The notes under the pieces: generated by a model
The model's database searches: none
Told to the model about the DNA's origin: nothing
What the model saw: only the letters and a program-made list of their open reading frames with translations
Shown here: in pieces, positions 49,312 through 60,382 of the stretch
Numbering within the stretch: position 1 is the first letter of the stretch
Layout: the number at the start of each line of letters is the position of its first letter
Position numbers and translations under genes: made by a program
From: a virus
Taxonomy: Duplodnaviria; Heunggongvirae; Uroviricota; Caudoviricetes
Strand: one strand, 5' to 3'
Virus record (IMG/VR): IMGVR_UViG_3300035544_000169
DNA length: 64,000 nt

Positions 49312-51912
49312 ATGGAAACCAGGACTTTAGAAAGCTTAAATCTTAATTTAGATTACAAAGATAAAAAGCTTTTTGTAGAAACTGTAAAAAATAAAACAAC
49401 TACAGAAAAAAACGAAGAAGAAATTATAGATGATTTTAAAAACAATGCCCTGAGAGCGGTATCTAAGCCGCTTTATCAGGGTGAAAAAACAAGTTCAGAG
49501 CTTTTTAACAGACAGTTTGAGGATGTACTGACTGACCTGATTAAACTTTTTACACTAGCAAACAAAACATCAGCTTCAATCAGTACAAATAATTACCTTT
49601 ATGATTCCTTTATTTCAAGCCTCAAGAATAACCTTAAAAAAATAGAAAACAAAATAGAGGCCTACAGTTACATAGCAAATAATGATGAAGGGTTTTCAGA
49701 AGTAAAGTTTGAAAACTTTAACGATAAAGAGTCTTTTGAGGAAATGAACGATGAGACCAAGATGCTTTTTACAAACCCAAAGGATGACAGAATCTATAGC
49801 TCTGATTTTATAGCAGATATAAATAAATACAGTGACAGCCTAACCCTATCTCCTATAGGAACTATCAGACCTGAAGCTCCCCTTGTTGAGATGGACAGTC
49901 AGGTAGGGAAGTATCTTAAAGTAGAAAACAACCTTTACCCTTTGGAAAACATTATAAAAAATGATAAACCTGAAGATGTATGGAGTGAGAGCATACTCAC
50001 AGATAGGCCATTTGAGGTAGAAATGGAGGAAGAGAAAGAAGGGGCGGTATTTAAATTTAGGATAATATTTGAAAAGCCGATGCCTATTAATAATATTTCA
50101 ATAGACCCTTTCAGCAAATACCCTTTAAAGATTATAAAGATAAACACATACGAAAATGCTGAAGATTATATGAAGGGTGAGGAATTTGCTTTTCCTATTT
50201 TATCTGATAGTTATGAGTCCTTTTTTGACCCTAAGTATATTGATGATGCTGAAACACTCGAGTTTCCTACCAGAAACATCCAGATTGTCGAGTTTGTTGT
50301 TAACCAAGAACACTACGAATACGAACAATTCAGCATTAAAGAGTCAGATAAAAACGATATTAATATAGCAGAGAAAATGTATTCAAGCCGGCACACAGTT
50401 TTAAACCTTGAAGAAAGCAGCAATGAATCTCTGCTTGAGCTTGACTACTCAAATAACAGTATCCTCTGGGATTACCTTAAGGATATGGTTGGAAACTTTT
50501 TTAAAGAGCTTGATGTAAACAACAAAAACAAGGTAATAGGAAATATCTTAAACTCAATCAACTCAATTATACCTGAATTAAGTTCTGAGAAATTCAATCC
50601 GCTATCAGAAAACACCGGAAAAGAAACAGAAAAGATTGTCAGCTTAAACAAATACTCATATCAGTATGGCTTTAAAAATATAGAGCCATCATACAAGGAA
50701 TATTTAGATAGGGCTGTATATGTATCAAAACCATATAATTTTATCAGCAATATAAAAGAGGTTGCAATAGAAGTTGATGAAACAAATCAAAAACTCTACC
50801 ATGAGGATAGTGAGGAGTTTTCAACCTCAACAGAGTATTACATAACAAATTTAAAGAACCCGTCTCCAAGAAAAGCTACCTGGTATCCTATTCTGCCAAC
50901 AAACTATGAATATAGAGATATAAACGGTAACCCCAAAATAAAAGGCGAAAGGCTTTTTGCTCTTGGTGGAGAGGATTTTAAGGCAAAAATAAGATTTCCA
51001 GCTAATCCTGATACCATTGAGGTTTTTAAAGATGGTGTAGAGATTGACTCAGATTATATTACCTATAGCGAAACTGATTCATCAAACTCACTATTAACAG
51101 ACAATATAATCACACTTGTAAATGAAATAAACTCAATCTACAACAGCAGTATCTATACTGTAAATTACACTGTCAAAGATGGCTTCGACCCCACTATACT
51201 AGACCTTGAAGAGTCGGCACCACCTGTTGACTTTATAGACAGTGACGGGAATGAGGGAGAACTTTTTAATATCAGTGACTACAGTGACAATAGAATAAGG
51301 TTAAAATATTATCCCTTCACTGACAAAGAAAAACTCTATTCAAGTCCTAAAGTAGATGTTAAGGAAAGCTCAACAGATAAAAACCCATTTTACGGCTCAT
51401 ATAATCCTAACTACCATAAGTGTTATAGGCCAATAGAGGTAAGTGGGTTTGGTAAGCTTGAGTATCTAGAGGGAAGCGAAATAAAAGAAGAAGAGATTAA
51501 CGTAGAGCAGGACCTTTCAGGCATTCCATACAGGTTCCCTTATTTTAAAGACACTAACGGTGACGGTGTTATTGAATCTTTTGAGTACAAAAAAGAAAGC
51601 AAGCCATACTTTTTTAATAAGACTGATTACAGAGGCAGAGAAGCACTACCTTTCAGTCAGGGAATACAGGTACCTTTAATAGAGTATTCAGCAGCTGACT
51701 ATCCAATCATAGATTACTTTCATGATGGAAAAAATATAATATTCAGCCACAGCTTAGAAGACGGAGATAAAAAATCAGAGATAAGAGTAAAATACAAATA
51801 CTTAACAGAATGTATTAGAGTAAAGGCTGTAATGTACAGAAATGTAAAGCATCAGAACGGTATAACACCTGTTATAAAAAATTATGCAATCAAAGTAAAA
51901 CCATTCAAATAG
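49312..51912 (+). CDS. Baseplate/fibre structural protein, paralog family member 1
   Basis: Shared N-terminal motif (SSELFNRQFEDVLTDL), coiled coil, beta-sandwich (FRIIFEKPMPINNISIDPF). Confidence 0.55.
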   Translation: METRTLESLNLNLDYKDKKLFVETVKNKTTTEKNEEEIIDDFKNNALRAVSKPLYQGEKTSSELFNRQFEDVLTDLIKLFTLANKTSASISTNNYLYDSFISSLKNNLKKIENKIEAYSYIANNDEGFSEVKFENFNDKESFEEMNDETKMLFTNPKDDRIYSSDFIADINKYSDSLTLSPIGTIRPEAPLVEMDSQVGKYLKVENNLYPLENIIKNDKPEDVWSESILTDRPFEVEMEEEKEGAVFKFRIIFEKPMPINNISIDPFSKYPLKIIKINTYENAEDYMKGEEFAFPILSDSYESFFDPKYIDDAETLEFPTRNIQIVEFVVNQEHYEYEQFSIKESDKNDINIAEKMYSSRHTVLNLEESSNESLLELDYSNNSILWDYLKDMVGNFFKELDVNNKNKVIGNILNSINSIIPELSSEKFNPLSENTGKETEKIVSLNKYSYQYGFKNIEPSYKEYLDRAVYVSKPYNFISNIKEVAIEVDETNQKLYHEDSEEFSTSTEYYITNLKNPSPRKATWYPILPTNYEYRDINGNPKIKGERLFALGGEDFKAKIRFPANPDTIEVFKDGVEIDSDYITYSETDSSNSLLTDNIITLVNEINSIYNSSIYTVNYTVKDGFDPTILDLEESAPPVDFIDSDGNEGELFNISDYSDNRIRLKYYPFTDKEKLYSSPKVDVKESSTDKNPFYGSYNPNYHKCYRPIEVSGFGKLEYLEGSEIKEEEINVEQDLSGIPYRFPYFKDTNGDGVIESFEYKKESKPYFFNKTDYRGREALPFSQGIQVPLIEYSAADYPIIDYFHDGKNIIFSHSLEDGDKKSEIRVKYKYLTECIRVKAVMYRNVKHQNGITPVIKNYAIKVKPFK

Positions 51913-51925
51913 AAAGGAGGCTTTT

Positions 51926-53848
51926 ATGCCAAACCCATACAGATTTAAACACAATGTTGAGACAATAAGAAAGCAGTTAAAAGATGGGGTTAATAAGATA
52001 CATGACAACTTAGAAGAAAATAAAGATATGGACTTCGGAGGAATTATAAGCTCGATAGTCTCTGGTATAAAAGAGGCAATAGATGGTATAGGAGAACCTT
52101 CTTTTCAAAAAAGGTATGCCAAAAGGATACCCAATGTAGAGGATTATAATAAAAACATCAGAGAAATTTGTAATGATATAGATTCTTCCTATAGAGAAAT
52201 TGAAAATTTAACAAATGATATCAAAAACAATTTCAACTATAATGCCATCTCAAATAATAAACTGGAAAAAGAAGTTTTTGAGCTAAAAAATCAGGTTGAC
52301 AAAATAAGCCTCTACAATAATGAGGTAGAGGTAAAAAATGACAGTGGAACCTTTGTCATAACAGAAGATTTTAAAACATCAAATAATATAGATAAAAGCC
52401 TAACAACAGCTGATATAGATAACCACAGCGGTGTTGTATCCTTAAACAAGGACCGCTCTATAAACCTGATAGATTCAGGTACAAAAGTTGAGATAGTTGG
52501 TGACTCTGAAGGTTTTGTGGGCAACTTGCACCAGGTTAAAACTGATGGTGTGAGAGATATAGAGTACAGCAGAAATGAAAGAGAAAAAAAGATTGTCTGG
52601 TATGGAGAAGAAAATCCTAGAATAAATAAGTATGACATCTTAGATGACAACCCAAATACATGGTTTGAGTATGAGCTTGTTAATGTTTCAAATGCGGCCA
52701 AAAAGAAGGCTAAGGGCTATGGTTTTAGCTACAAAGTATCGGATAATAAAGAGGTGTCATGGGCAAGAAACCCTAAAAATGGAAGGCTTAGCTTAACTTT
52801 AAAGATAACTTTAGATAAAGCTCAAAGAATAAACTGGATTGATGTTAACCCATATGTGCCAGAATTTAAGGGTGCAAAAGGGGCCATAATAAAAAGCATA
52901 AAAACATCAAAGAGAATAAACGAGACTCCAAAGAGCATCTACAGTAATGAGTTCATAAACTATAGGTTAAATGAAAATACAGAAACCTACGACAGGTTTT
53001 TAGATGAAGACCTAATTCCAGGCAATGATGATTTTACAGGCAGAGGTGTATTTACATTCTCTCCAAGGACTGCAAAACATATCTATATTACCTTTGAGCA
53101 GAACAGTCCATATAGCTGCATTATAGGTCACAACTATGTTTTAAGAATAACAAGAATAAAAATAAAAGAAGATGGTGGCTGGTTCCATAGCGATGATACA
53201 ACTTATGAAACAAGAAAGTATAGAATTCCAACAGAGCTCAATAAATACGATAAGAAACTAATTGAAGGAAACGACGATAACTGGCTTGAGGGCGCTTTTA
53301 AAAGCATATTTGGGGGTAGCGTTGAAAAAACAATAGTTTCCGACAAGACAGAAAACAGAGTCGAAGCTTTCGATGGAAAAAGATGGGCTATTGGAATTAG
53401 AGATATTAATGTAAACGCTTATGGTTATTCTGAGGAATCACAGGTTGTTTCCAGAAATTATATAATTCCAGGCAGAATAAAAAGGGTTTTAATCAGTGCA
53501 AATGAACATCTGCCTAAAGTTTTTTACTCCGGCCAAAATAACGAGACATCTATTAAAAATAAAAATAACTGGATTAAATACTTTGTTAGTTTTGATGATG
53601 GTAAAGAGTGGCATGAAATAGGTAACGGCAAAGATGGAATAGCAAATGAAATATATCTTAATTCAAAAATACCTGATGAAATGCAGAATGAGAACGTAAA
53701 GTATATCAAAAGCGATTCCGATAACAACTTTAAATTTAAGGCTGTTTTTAAAAGGCCGACAACAATTGAAGATGCCGAGTTTTTTACTCCTATTTTAAAA
53801 AATTTCAAAGCAGACATGCTTATCGATTTAAGTGGAGATGATTATTAA
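51926..53848 (+). CDS. Baseplate/fibre structural protein, paralog family member 2
   Basis: NVEDYNKNIREICNDI, coiled coil, LKITLDKAQRINWIDVNPY. Confidence 0.55.
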   Translation: MPNPYRFKHNVETIRKQLKDGVNKIHDNLEENKDMDFGGIISSIVSGIKEAIDGIGEPSFQKRYAKRIPNVEDYNKNIREICNDIDSSYREIENLTNDIKNNFNYNAISNNKLEKEVFELKNQVDKISLYNNEVEVKNDSGTFVITEDFKTSNNIDKSLTTADIDNHSGVVSLNKDRSINLIDSGTKVEIVGDSEGFVGNLHQVKTDGVRDIEYSRNEREKKIVWYGEENPRINKYDILDDNPNTWFEYELVNVSNAAKKKAKGYGFSYKVSDNKEVSWARNPKNGRLSLTLKITLDKAQRINWIDVNPYVPEFKGAKGAIIKSIKTSKRINETPKSIYSNEFINYRLNENTETYDRFLDEDLIPGNDDFTGRGVFTFSPRTAKHIYITFEQNSPYSCIIGHNYVLRITRIKIKEDGGWFHSDDTTYETRKYRIPTELNKYDKKLIEGNDDNWLEGAFKSIFGGSVEKTIVSDKTENRVEAFDGKRWAIGIRDINVNAYGYSEESQVVSRNYIIPGRIKRVLISANEHLPKVFYSGQNNETSIKNKNNWIKYFVSFDDGKEWHEIGNGKDGIANEIYLNSKIPDEMQNENVKYIKSDSDNNFKFKAVFKRPTTIEDAEFFTPILKNFKADMLIDLSGDDY

Positions 53849-56286
53849 TGGACAACAAAAGCATACAAACAAGAAGAATACTTGAGGCTATTATGTCAAA
53901 TCAGCTTAAATCCGGTGTTAATCCAACAGAAGAGACCATTGAGTTTTTATTTGGGAAAATCATTAAGGGAAACGAGCTTGGGATGCCGATGACCGACTTT
54001 GAGCCTATAGAAAAAAGAGAGCGCTCAGATATAAAATCCTACAACAGCCTGCTAGATGATATACACTTTGATATAAGCTGTCTTTTTGAATCTTTTAATG
54101 AGCAGCACAAAGAAATTCTGAACAATTTTTCAATCAAAGAAGATGAGAGAATAAAGCTGATGGCCAAAATAAAAAGCCTTCAGAACAGGATTTCTAAGCT
54201 GACAACAGAAAGCAGTAAATCAAATGACTTTAACTATTCATTTGAGGAAAACTTTTCGAGCTTTAAAAACATTGACATGGAAAATTCTAACGCATTTATT
54301 GACCTGAATGAGAAAAGAGCGATGCTCCCTATTTCAAATAAGGATGTTGTCAAGGTTCCACTGTCAAACGCCAGAGTAAAAATAACAAACATAACTCCAA
54401 CTGAGAAGGCATATATAAATGAGGTAAGTCCTCTATCAAACCTTCTTGATGATTATTTAAATACCTTCTGGGCAACTAAAGTGATTTATCCTAAAGGTTT
54501 TGAGATAGATAACTCTGTCAGCCTAGAACTTGAGATTGAGCTTGCTGATTCATATAAGATATCTGAAATACAGCTAACACCGCAGTCATCAGGCTTGATG
54601 GAGATAGAGCTTCATTATCTCCTTGATGGAGGCTGGCACAAATTCGACTTCAAAGAAAAGACAATTTTAAATAAAAAAGAAGCATGGTTTTCCTTCCCTG
54701 AACCTATAAAAACAGAAAAAATAAAATTAATACTATCTAAAAGTTCTCCCGATATTGAACTGACAGAAAAGGAATACCTATTTGGGCTTAAAAATATATC
54801 AATTGATTATAGAGAGTATGAGCCTACAGCAAAAATAGAAACAAAAGAACTGACAATCAATGACAGAGAAGATAAGGACACACTGGAAGAACTTTCAATA
54901 ACCGCAGACGAGATAGTACCACAGGGTTCTGAGATAAGATACTACCTTAAGATAAAGGAGAATAACAACTTCTTTAATGACTCCGAGTTTGACAAAGCTG
55001 AGAGCTGGCATGCAGAAAACTACTATGATGAAGGTGGTGCTGACGGAGGTTCTTACTGTGGAGATTCAAGTTCTGAAGGAATGTATCAGGATGTAGAGCT
55101 TATTCCCGGAAGAGAATACACACTGTCTGGCTATTTAAAAAGAGAAATATCAATGGAACCAATCAATATCATAAGAGAGCATGATGGAGAGGTTATAGAG
55201 GTTCTATCTTTAGAGGACAACCAAGAATGGAACCACTTTGAGTATACATTTTTAAACGAGGTAGAGGGAACTCAGAGAATAAGAATAAAGGATTCTGACA
55301 CCCCTCAAACAGAAGTTCTAGCAGACAAATTCTTCCTGGTTGAGGGTAGTGAGGCAGGAAAGGTAGACTACAGCAACCCTTACATAATTAGTCCTGATAA
55401 TAGAGAAAACCCCAAAAACAAAACTTCTCTAAAGCTTAAAAATACGCTTAAGGGAGAGGCTAATTTCAGTACGGCAAATCTTTCACTTTATAAAAATAAG
55501 CACGGCAAGGATTTCAAAAGCTACAATCTTCCGTATATACCTCTCAAAAAAGAGGCTGAAGTTGTTGCGGGTGTTAACAGATGGTCTGTTTATAAATACG
55601 AAAAGGAAATAAATCTAGACTCTCAGGTCGGCTTATTCTTATGGAATAAAAGAAAGATGCCAACCTTTACTAAAAAGAATTATTTTTACTATCCAATGGG
55701 TCAAAGCTTTACCAAGACATACAAAGATAATGTAAGTCTTGATGCTACAGATAACAGCCATTATCTTTTTTCTACCTGGCTTTATTTAGATGAGCCTAAG
55801 TCAATAACAAAAGACGGCATTGATTACAGTGAATGTTACCAGAATGAAGCACTTTATGTTAACGGAATGAAGCTTGAAAGACAGGTAAACGGAAGCACAT
55901 ACCTTTATGATATTCAGCTTGATAGAGGCTGGAATAAGATTGATATTGTAATTTATCTTGGAGACAGCACAAAGGCCAGCTTTTTTGAGGACTTAATAGA
56001 TTTAAGTTCTTTTGAAAAATGGAGAGCAAAGAGAGAAGGTTTAAAGCAGGTTTCATTATCTTCCTTAATGTCCGGCTATGATTACGAAGATGACAGCGTA
56101 TTTGCTATAGAAGGAAACAGTATCATATTCAACAACTCAGAAGCTGGAATCAACAACAACTATTCAATTAATTATAAATACAATATAAACAGGGTAAAAT
56201 CTATAAAAATAATGGCAGAGATGGAAAGTGAGAACACATATATCACACCCAAAATAGACTCGATAAAAGTAAACGCAAAATATTAA
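53848..56286 (+). CDS. Baseplate/fibre structural protein, paralog family member 3, with CBM4/9-like insert
   Basis: SDIKSYNSLLDDIHFDI, LEIELADSYKISEIQLTP; insert NDSEFD..W..MYQDVELIPGREYTLSGYLK..EWNHFEYTF. Confidence 0.6.
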   Translation: MDNKSIQTRRILEAIMSNQLKSGVNPTEETIEFLFGKIIKGNELGMPMTDFEPIEKRERSDIKSYNSLLDDIHFDISCLFESFNEQHKEILNNFSIKEDERIKLMAKIKSLQNRISKLTTESSKSNDFNYSFEENFSSFKNIDMENSNAFIDLNEKRAMLPISNKDVVKVPLSNARVKITNITPTEKAYINEVSPLSNLLDDYLNTFWATKVIYPKGFEIDNSVSLELEIELADSYKISEIQLTPQSSGLMEIELHYLLDGGWHKFDFKEKTILNKKEAWFSFPEPIKTEKIKLILSKSSPDIELTEKEYLFGLKNISIDYREYEPTAKIETKELTINDREDKDTLEELSITADEIVPQGSEIRYYLKIKENNNFFNDSEFDKAESWHAENYYDEGGADGGSYCGDSSSEGMYQDVELIPGREYTLSGYLKREISMEPINIIREHDGEVIEVLSLEDNQEWNHFEYTFLNEVEGTQRIRIKDSDTPQTEVLADKFFLVEGSEAGKVDYSNPYIISPDNRENPKNKTSLKLKNTLKGEANFSTANLSLYKNKHGKDFKSYNLPYIPLKKEAEVVAGVNRWSVYKYEKEINLDSQVGLFLWNKRKMPTFTKKNYFYYPMGQSFTKTYKDNVSLDATDNSHYLFSTWLYLDEPKSITKDGIDYSECYQNEALYVNGMKLERQVNGSTYLYDIQLDRGWNKIDIVIYLGDSTKASFFEDLIDLSSFEKWRAKREGLKQVSLSSLMSGYDYEDDSVFAIEGNSIIFNNSEAGINNNYSINYKYNINRVKSIKIMAEMESENTYITPKIDSIKVNAKY

Positions 56287-56299
56287 GGAGGTATAAATA

Positions 56300-58663
56300 A
56301 TGGCCTCAAAAGAAATGGCTATTTTCCATAAAAGTCAATGGCTTGAAGGTACGCTTTACGGTGCTGAGGCAACAGATTCAAACACCATAAAAAACAAACT
56401 CAAGGTCTTAAATGATGATAGTCTTGAGCTTCCAGTACGCTCAGATTTTTCAGAAAGTATTATCCTTGAGGAATATTCAAGCTTTGACATTGAAGGAAAT
56501 AAAATAAATTTAAAGGTAAAAAAAGAAGACGCAGAAAAAGCACTAACTGAAGATAACTTTATGCTGGCTGAGAGCACATTCAAAAAGAACAATATAGCTC
56601 ACGAGCTTGATTATATCTCAGTTAAATTTGACTGGGAAGCACTAAAAACAAACCACAAAGAAAATGCCTATATAGAGTTTTTAGATAGCGCATCTTCAGT
56701 CTACAGGCTTATTTTAACAAACCAGTCGGAAATAAAGATGAGTATCACAGATGGAGTGTCAACCACGGAATTTACTGTAGAAGACTCTGCTGTAGGTTCA
56801 ATAGGTCAGATAACATCAATCATAACAAATAACCTTGCAGACTTCTTTGTTGATTTAAGACTTGATTATGACGAGACTGAAGCAGTATATTATTTAGAAA
56901 GTAGATTAAGATGTTCTGGTTATGAAAGTATCTGGTACAGGGCTAAGTTTGGTGCAAACAAAATATCAAAGATGAGACTGGTACAGCCGGCAAATAACGG
57001 TACTAACTCAATTGTTGATAAAGAGCTAAACATTAAAGAGATATATGCCGAAGGTTTTAACGAAACAACATCTTACGAGTCCAAGATTTTTGATGCAGGA
57101 GAAAACTCTGCAGTCTGGGATAGCCTGACATTAAGCGGTACTTTTCCTGAAGCTGCACTAATAGAGGACGGCTCCAACTCAATCACAATAGATGTTTTTG
57201 CTTCTGATAACACAGAGACAATTGAATCAGATATGTCAAGGAGCATAAACTTAGTTCCTACAGAAAAAGATTTTACAATCTCAAATGAGCTTGAAGAAGA
57301 ACTTCAGGAACTTAAAGGTAGGTATTTGAAACTCAAGATAAATATCTCAAACAGCAAAAACTACCAGAACTCAATCGATTATTTTAAGCTCGAATACTTA
57401 CTTCCTAGCGAGCAGAGTGGATACGTACAGAAAGAGGTAACAGAATCCAGTACAAGCCGTATTATAGGCCAAGCTGGAGGAGTTATAAGTTTAGACACAG
57501 AATACTTCCCTGTCAGCTTATACATTCCAGAAGGAGCTTTAACAGCCGATGAGACGATAACTATTAGAAGAGTTGCAAGCTCAGAAGAGAAATTTGCAGA
57601 TGATATTATAGGCTTCGAGTTTGGCCCTGAAGGACTGCAGTTTCTAAAACCTGCTATGCTTGAGGTTGACTATTCAAGCTTTAATTTCAACTCCTACCAG
57701 AGCGAGAGCGGGCTTAAACTGGCTTACCTTGATAACACAGAACCAGAAGAACTATCTACCGTGGTGGATGAATTAAGAAATAAGGCAATCTCATATATAG
57801 AACATTTCAGTACCTATGGAATTATGGCAACAGATAACCTATACTCACCAAGAACCAAGATGGCTGCTACCAAACTGCCAAGGTGGATGGATGTCAGGAA
57901 AAAAGAATCAAACTTTCAGCAAATTTTAAACCACGGTGTTTTTACAGAAGTGGAAGATGCAGGAAGTAAATACTACCAGCTGATAAAAAACTACTTTTTA
58001 GATACAGCTGACACATCAATGAAGTCTATAGCTTTTAAGACAAGGGCTAAAAACTTCAAAAACGGAGAAGATACTCCTTTAATAGCAAATACAGAGCAGT
58101 TTAAGGCAAAGTATAAGGGTAAATACATACCCATAACTTTCGATGAGAAAAAGTATTACAACTCCAAAGATGAACTCTGCTATTTTAATTTAAAGACTGA
58201 GGTAATATATTTCAGCGACAATTACGGTAGAGACTTAAAACTAATCGATTTATATAATGATATCACATACAGCTTGGAGGCGGACTTAAAAGAGCATAAG
58301 ATATGGAATGTCTTTGATGAGTTTGCCCTCCTTTTTGACCTTGAAAGAAATAAAAATGAAACAAATGAAGAATTAAAAGCTAGGATATTGGATTACGGCA
58401 TAAACCCCGGAGATTCAACCACAGAAGGATTAAGGAACCATATAGCAAGGGAACTTTCACTTAATAAAGATGAAGTTAATGTTAACTCACTCTCTGATGA
58501 TAGTTATTTAAATGAACTTAAAAAGGCTGACGGCTCTGCCTCAGAAAGGCTTTTATCAATTTCAAGTTATATAAACAACCACCTTAATGTTTACTGGGAC
58601 CAGTGGGTATGGGATGAGGGCTACTGGAATATAGAAAATCAAAAATACAGCTTTGTATTTTAA
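56300..58663 (+). CDS. Baseplate wedge-like protein containing a ZU5-like domain with HFS motif
   Basis: IGQAGGVISL..LYIPEGAL..FEFGPEGLQFLKPAMLEVDY..IEHFSTYG; C-terminal FDEFALLFDLERNKNETNEELKARI parallels the baseplate J repeat. Confidence 0.65.
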   Translation: MASKEMAIFHKSQWLEGTLYGAEATDSNTIKNKLKVLNDDSLELPVRSDFSESIILEEYSSFDIEGNKINLKVKKEDAEKALTEDNFMLAESTFKKNNIAHELDYISVKFDWEALKTNHKENAYIEFLDSASSVYRLILTNQSEIKMSITDGVSTTEFTVEDSAVGSIGQITSIITNNLADFFVDLRLDYDETEAVYYLESRLRCSGYESIWYRAKFGANKISKMRLVQPANNGTNSIVDKELNIKEIYAEGFNETTSYESKIFDAGENSAVWDSLTLSGTFPEAALIEDGSNSITIDVFASDNTETIESDMSRSINLVPTEKDFTISNELEEELQELKGRYLKLKINISNSKNYQNSIDYFKLEYLLPSEQSGYVQKEVTESSTSRIIGQAGGVISLDTEYFPVSLYIPEGALTADETITIRRVASSEEKFADDIIGFEFGPEGLQFLKPAMLEVDYSSFNFNSYQSESGLKLAYLDNTEPEELSTVVDELRNKAISYIEHFSTYGIMATDNLYSPRTKMAATKLPRWMDVRKKESNFQQILNHGVFTEVEDAGSKYYQLIKNYFLDTADTSMKSIAFKTRAKNFKNGEDTPLIANTEQFKAKYKGKYIPITFDEKKYYNSKDELCYFNLKTEVIYFSDNYGRDLKLIDLYNDITYSLEADLKEHKIWNVFDEFALLFDLERNKNETNEELKARILDYGINPGDSTTEGLRNHIARELSLNKDEVNVNSLSDDSYLNELKKADGSASERLLSISSYINNHLNVYWDQWVWDEGYWNIENQKYSFVF

Positions 58664-58682
58664 GAAGTAAGGAGTGGTTAAA

Positions 58683-58940
58683 ATGGAAAATTACAAGCCC
58701 TTAATGACCTTAAGAAACAACCGTAAAAATGGGCCAACAGAAACTTTTAAGTATAATATGCTCTTAAATGAGCTTAAGATAAACTTAGAATACCTAAAAA
58801 ATGGCAAGAATAAAAATACTGAAATTTTAGAGACAGATGTTTTAAATATAATTAAAGAAAATGCCGAGCTTATAAGAAGACTCAGTTATCTTAAAAAGAA
58901 GTTTGATTTTATAAAACAGTACAGATTTAAAGGAGAGTGA
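58683..58940 (+). CDS. Small protein consisting of the paralog-family N-terminal motif
   Basis: RNNRKNGPTETFKYNMLLNELKINL; ATG at 58683 with SD AGGAGTGG (track start 58674). Confidence 0.55.
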   Translation: MENYKPLMTLRNNRKNGPTETFKYNMLLNELKINLEYLKNGKNKNTEILETDVLNIIKENAELIRRLSYLKKKFDFIKQYRFKGE

Positions 58941-58944
58941 TAAA

Positions 58945-60369
58945 ATGGATTCTATATTTAAACCGAGGAATGTGAAGTTTAATAATGTTTTAGATTCAGA
59001 AGACTTCAATAAGATGAATAAAGAGCTCGGTACCGACCTTACGGGATTATTCCAAACATTTGCAACAGAAGATAATAAACTTGACCAGATAATAGAAACT
59101 CTCCAGGTTAACAATCAGCAGCTTGCAAATAGGATTTCTTTTCTAGAAAACCAGATTAATAATATGGATGTGGATAAAGAATACATAGATTTTTACCGCT
59201 CTGAAATATTATCCTACGGTGAAGAAATAGATACAGAGCCAATAGAAGAAACAAAAAGAGCTTATATCAATAACGACTATAATGTGGCAACGCTTAAGCC
59301 TGTTTTCCAAAACAGCAAAACCTTCCTCTACAATAAGATGGATGATGAGGTATTTTTACCTGAGGACTTAAGAGTTGGAGTTACGCCAAAAGAATACACA
59401 GATGCTATTGTTAAAGAAAACGACATCAAGTACGCTTTCGACCAGGACATCTCAACTCAGTGGAAGAGAAAGGTAGTTTATGATATCAACTCACCGATAT
59501 CAAGTGTAAATGCCTCAATAGAGATTACATTACCTAAAAGTATTATTAACAACATGTATTCGAACACAATTTTTATTAACCCTTATCCAGACTCTTCACT
59601 TGATATAGTATCAGTTGAATACACAAAAATTAACAGCGAGGGATATTTCAACTTTCAGGATGAGGATATTTTTAGAACAAAAGAAAACTCAAATAATGTA
59701 ATGCTTTCATTTGAGAAAAAGCCAATAGAAAAAATCAGGATAAATATCAGGCAGAGAAATGCTATTGATATAGACTCATCTTCAAAAATGTTCATGATGG
59801 GTATCCAAAATATTGCAGTCTATAATATTGATTACATAAAAGAAAGCAGTTTTTATGCTGTACTTGACCCGGGAACAGAAGTTAAGATGATTAAGGATAT
59901 CACACCTATACTTGAAAACACAGAGGACCCGGGAGCAGTTCAAATTGATGTCTTTGCAGAAAACTTAGAGACAAACACATTAGTACCAATCAATATAGGC
60001 ACAAATATCTCGACAAATTATAACCAGAAATTCTGGATTAAAGTAACGATAAATAAGACAGATGGAATAGCAACTCCCGTTTTAAAGGGTATGACAGTAG
60101 ACATTGATTTATTTGGACAGATTATAGGTATAGTAAAAAGTTCCTATGATAACAGCCCGATATTAAATGCCAATGTGGAATTATTTGTAGATGATGCAGA
60201 AAACAGAACAGCAGTCACAGAATCTTCCGGTGGATTTACAATGATTAACGTAAGGCCCGGCAATTACACGATGAAGGTTTCACATGCTGATTATATAGCA
60301 GCCTGGTATAACGTAGATGTTAATGCAAACAGAACAACAGAACTAGAACTCATAGTACAAGAAGTTTAA
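58945..60369 (+). CDS. Paralog family member with C-terminal carboxypeptidase-regulatory-like beta-sandwich
   Basis: DSEDFNKMNKELGTDL, coiled coil; C-terminal GQIIGIV..PILNANVEL..TESSGGFTMINVRPGNYTMKVSHADY. Confidence 0.6.
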   Translation: MDSIFKPRNVKFNNVLDSEDFNKMNKELGTDLTGLFQTFATEDNKLDQIIETLQVNNQQLANRISFLENQINNMDVDKEYIDFYRSEILSYGEEIDTEPIEETKRAYINNDYNVATLKPVFQNSKTFLYNKMDDEVFLPEDLRVGVTPKEYTDAIVKENDIKYAFDQDISTQWKRKVVYDINSPISSVNASIEITLPKSIINNMYSNTIFINPYPDSSLDIVSVEYTKINSEGYFNFQDEDIFRTKENSNNVMLSFEKKPIEKIRINIRQRNAIDIDSSSKMFMMGIQNIAVYNIDYIKESSFYAVLDPGTEVKMIKDITPILENTEDPGAVQIDVFAENLETNTLVPINIGTNISTNYNQKFWIKVTINKTDGIATPVLKGMTVDIDLFGQIIGIVKSSYDNSPILNANVELFVDDAENRTAVTESSGGFTMINVRPGNYTMKVSHADYIAAWYNVDVNANRTTELELIVQEV

Positions 60370-60382
60370 GGAGGTGGAGTAA

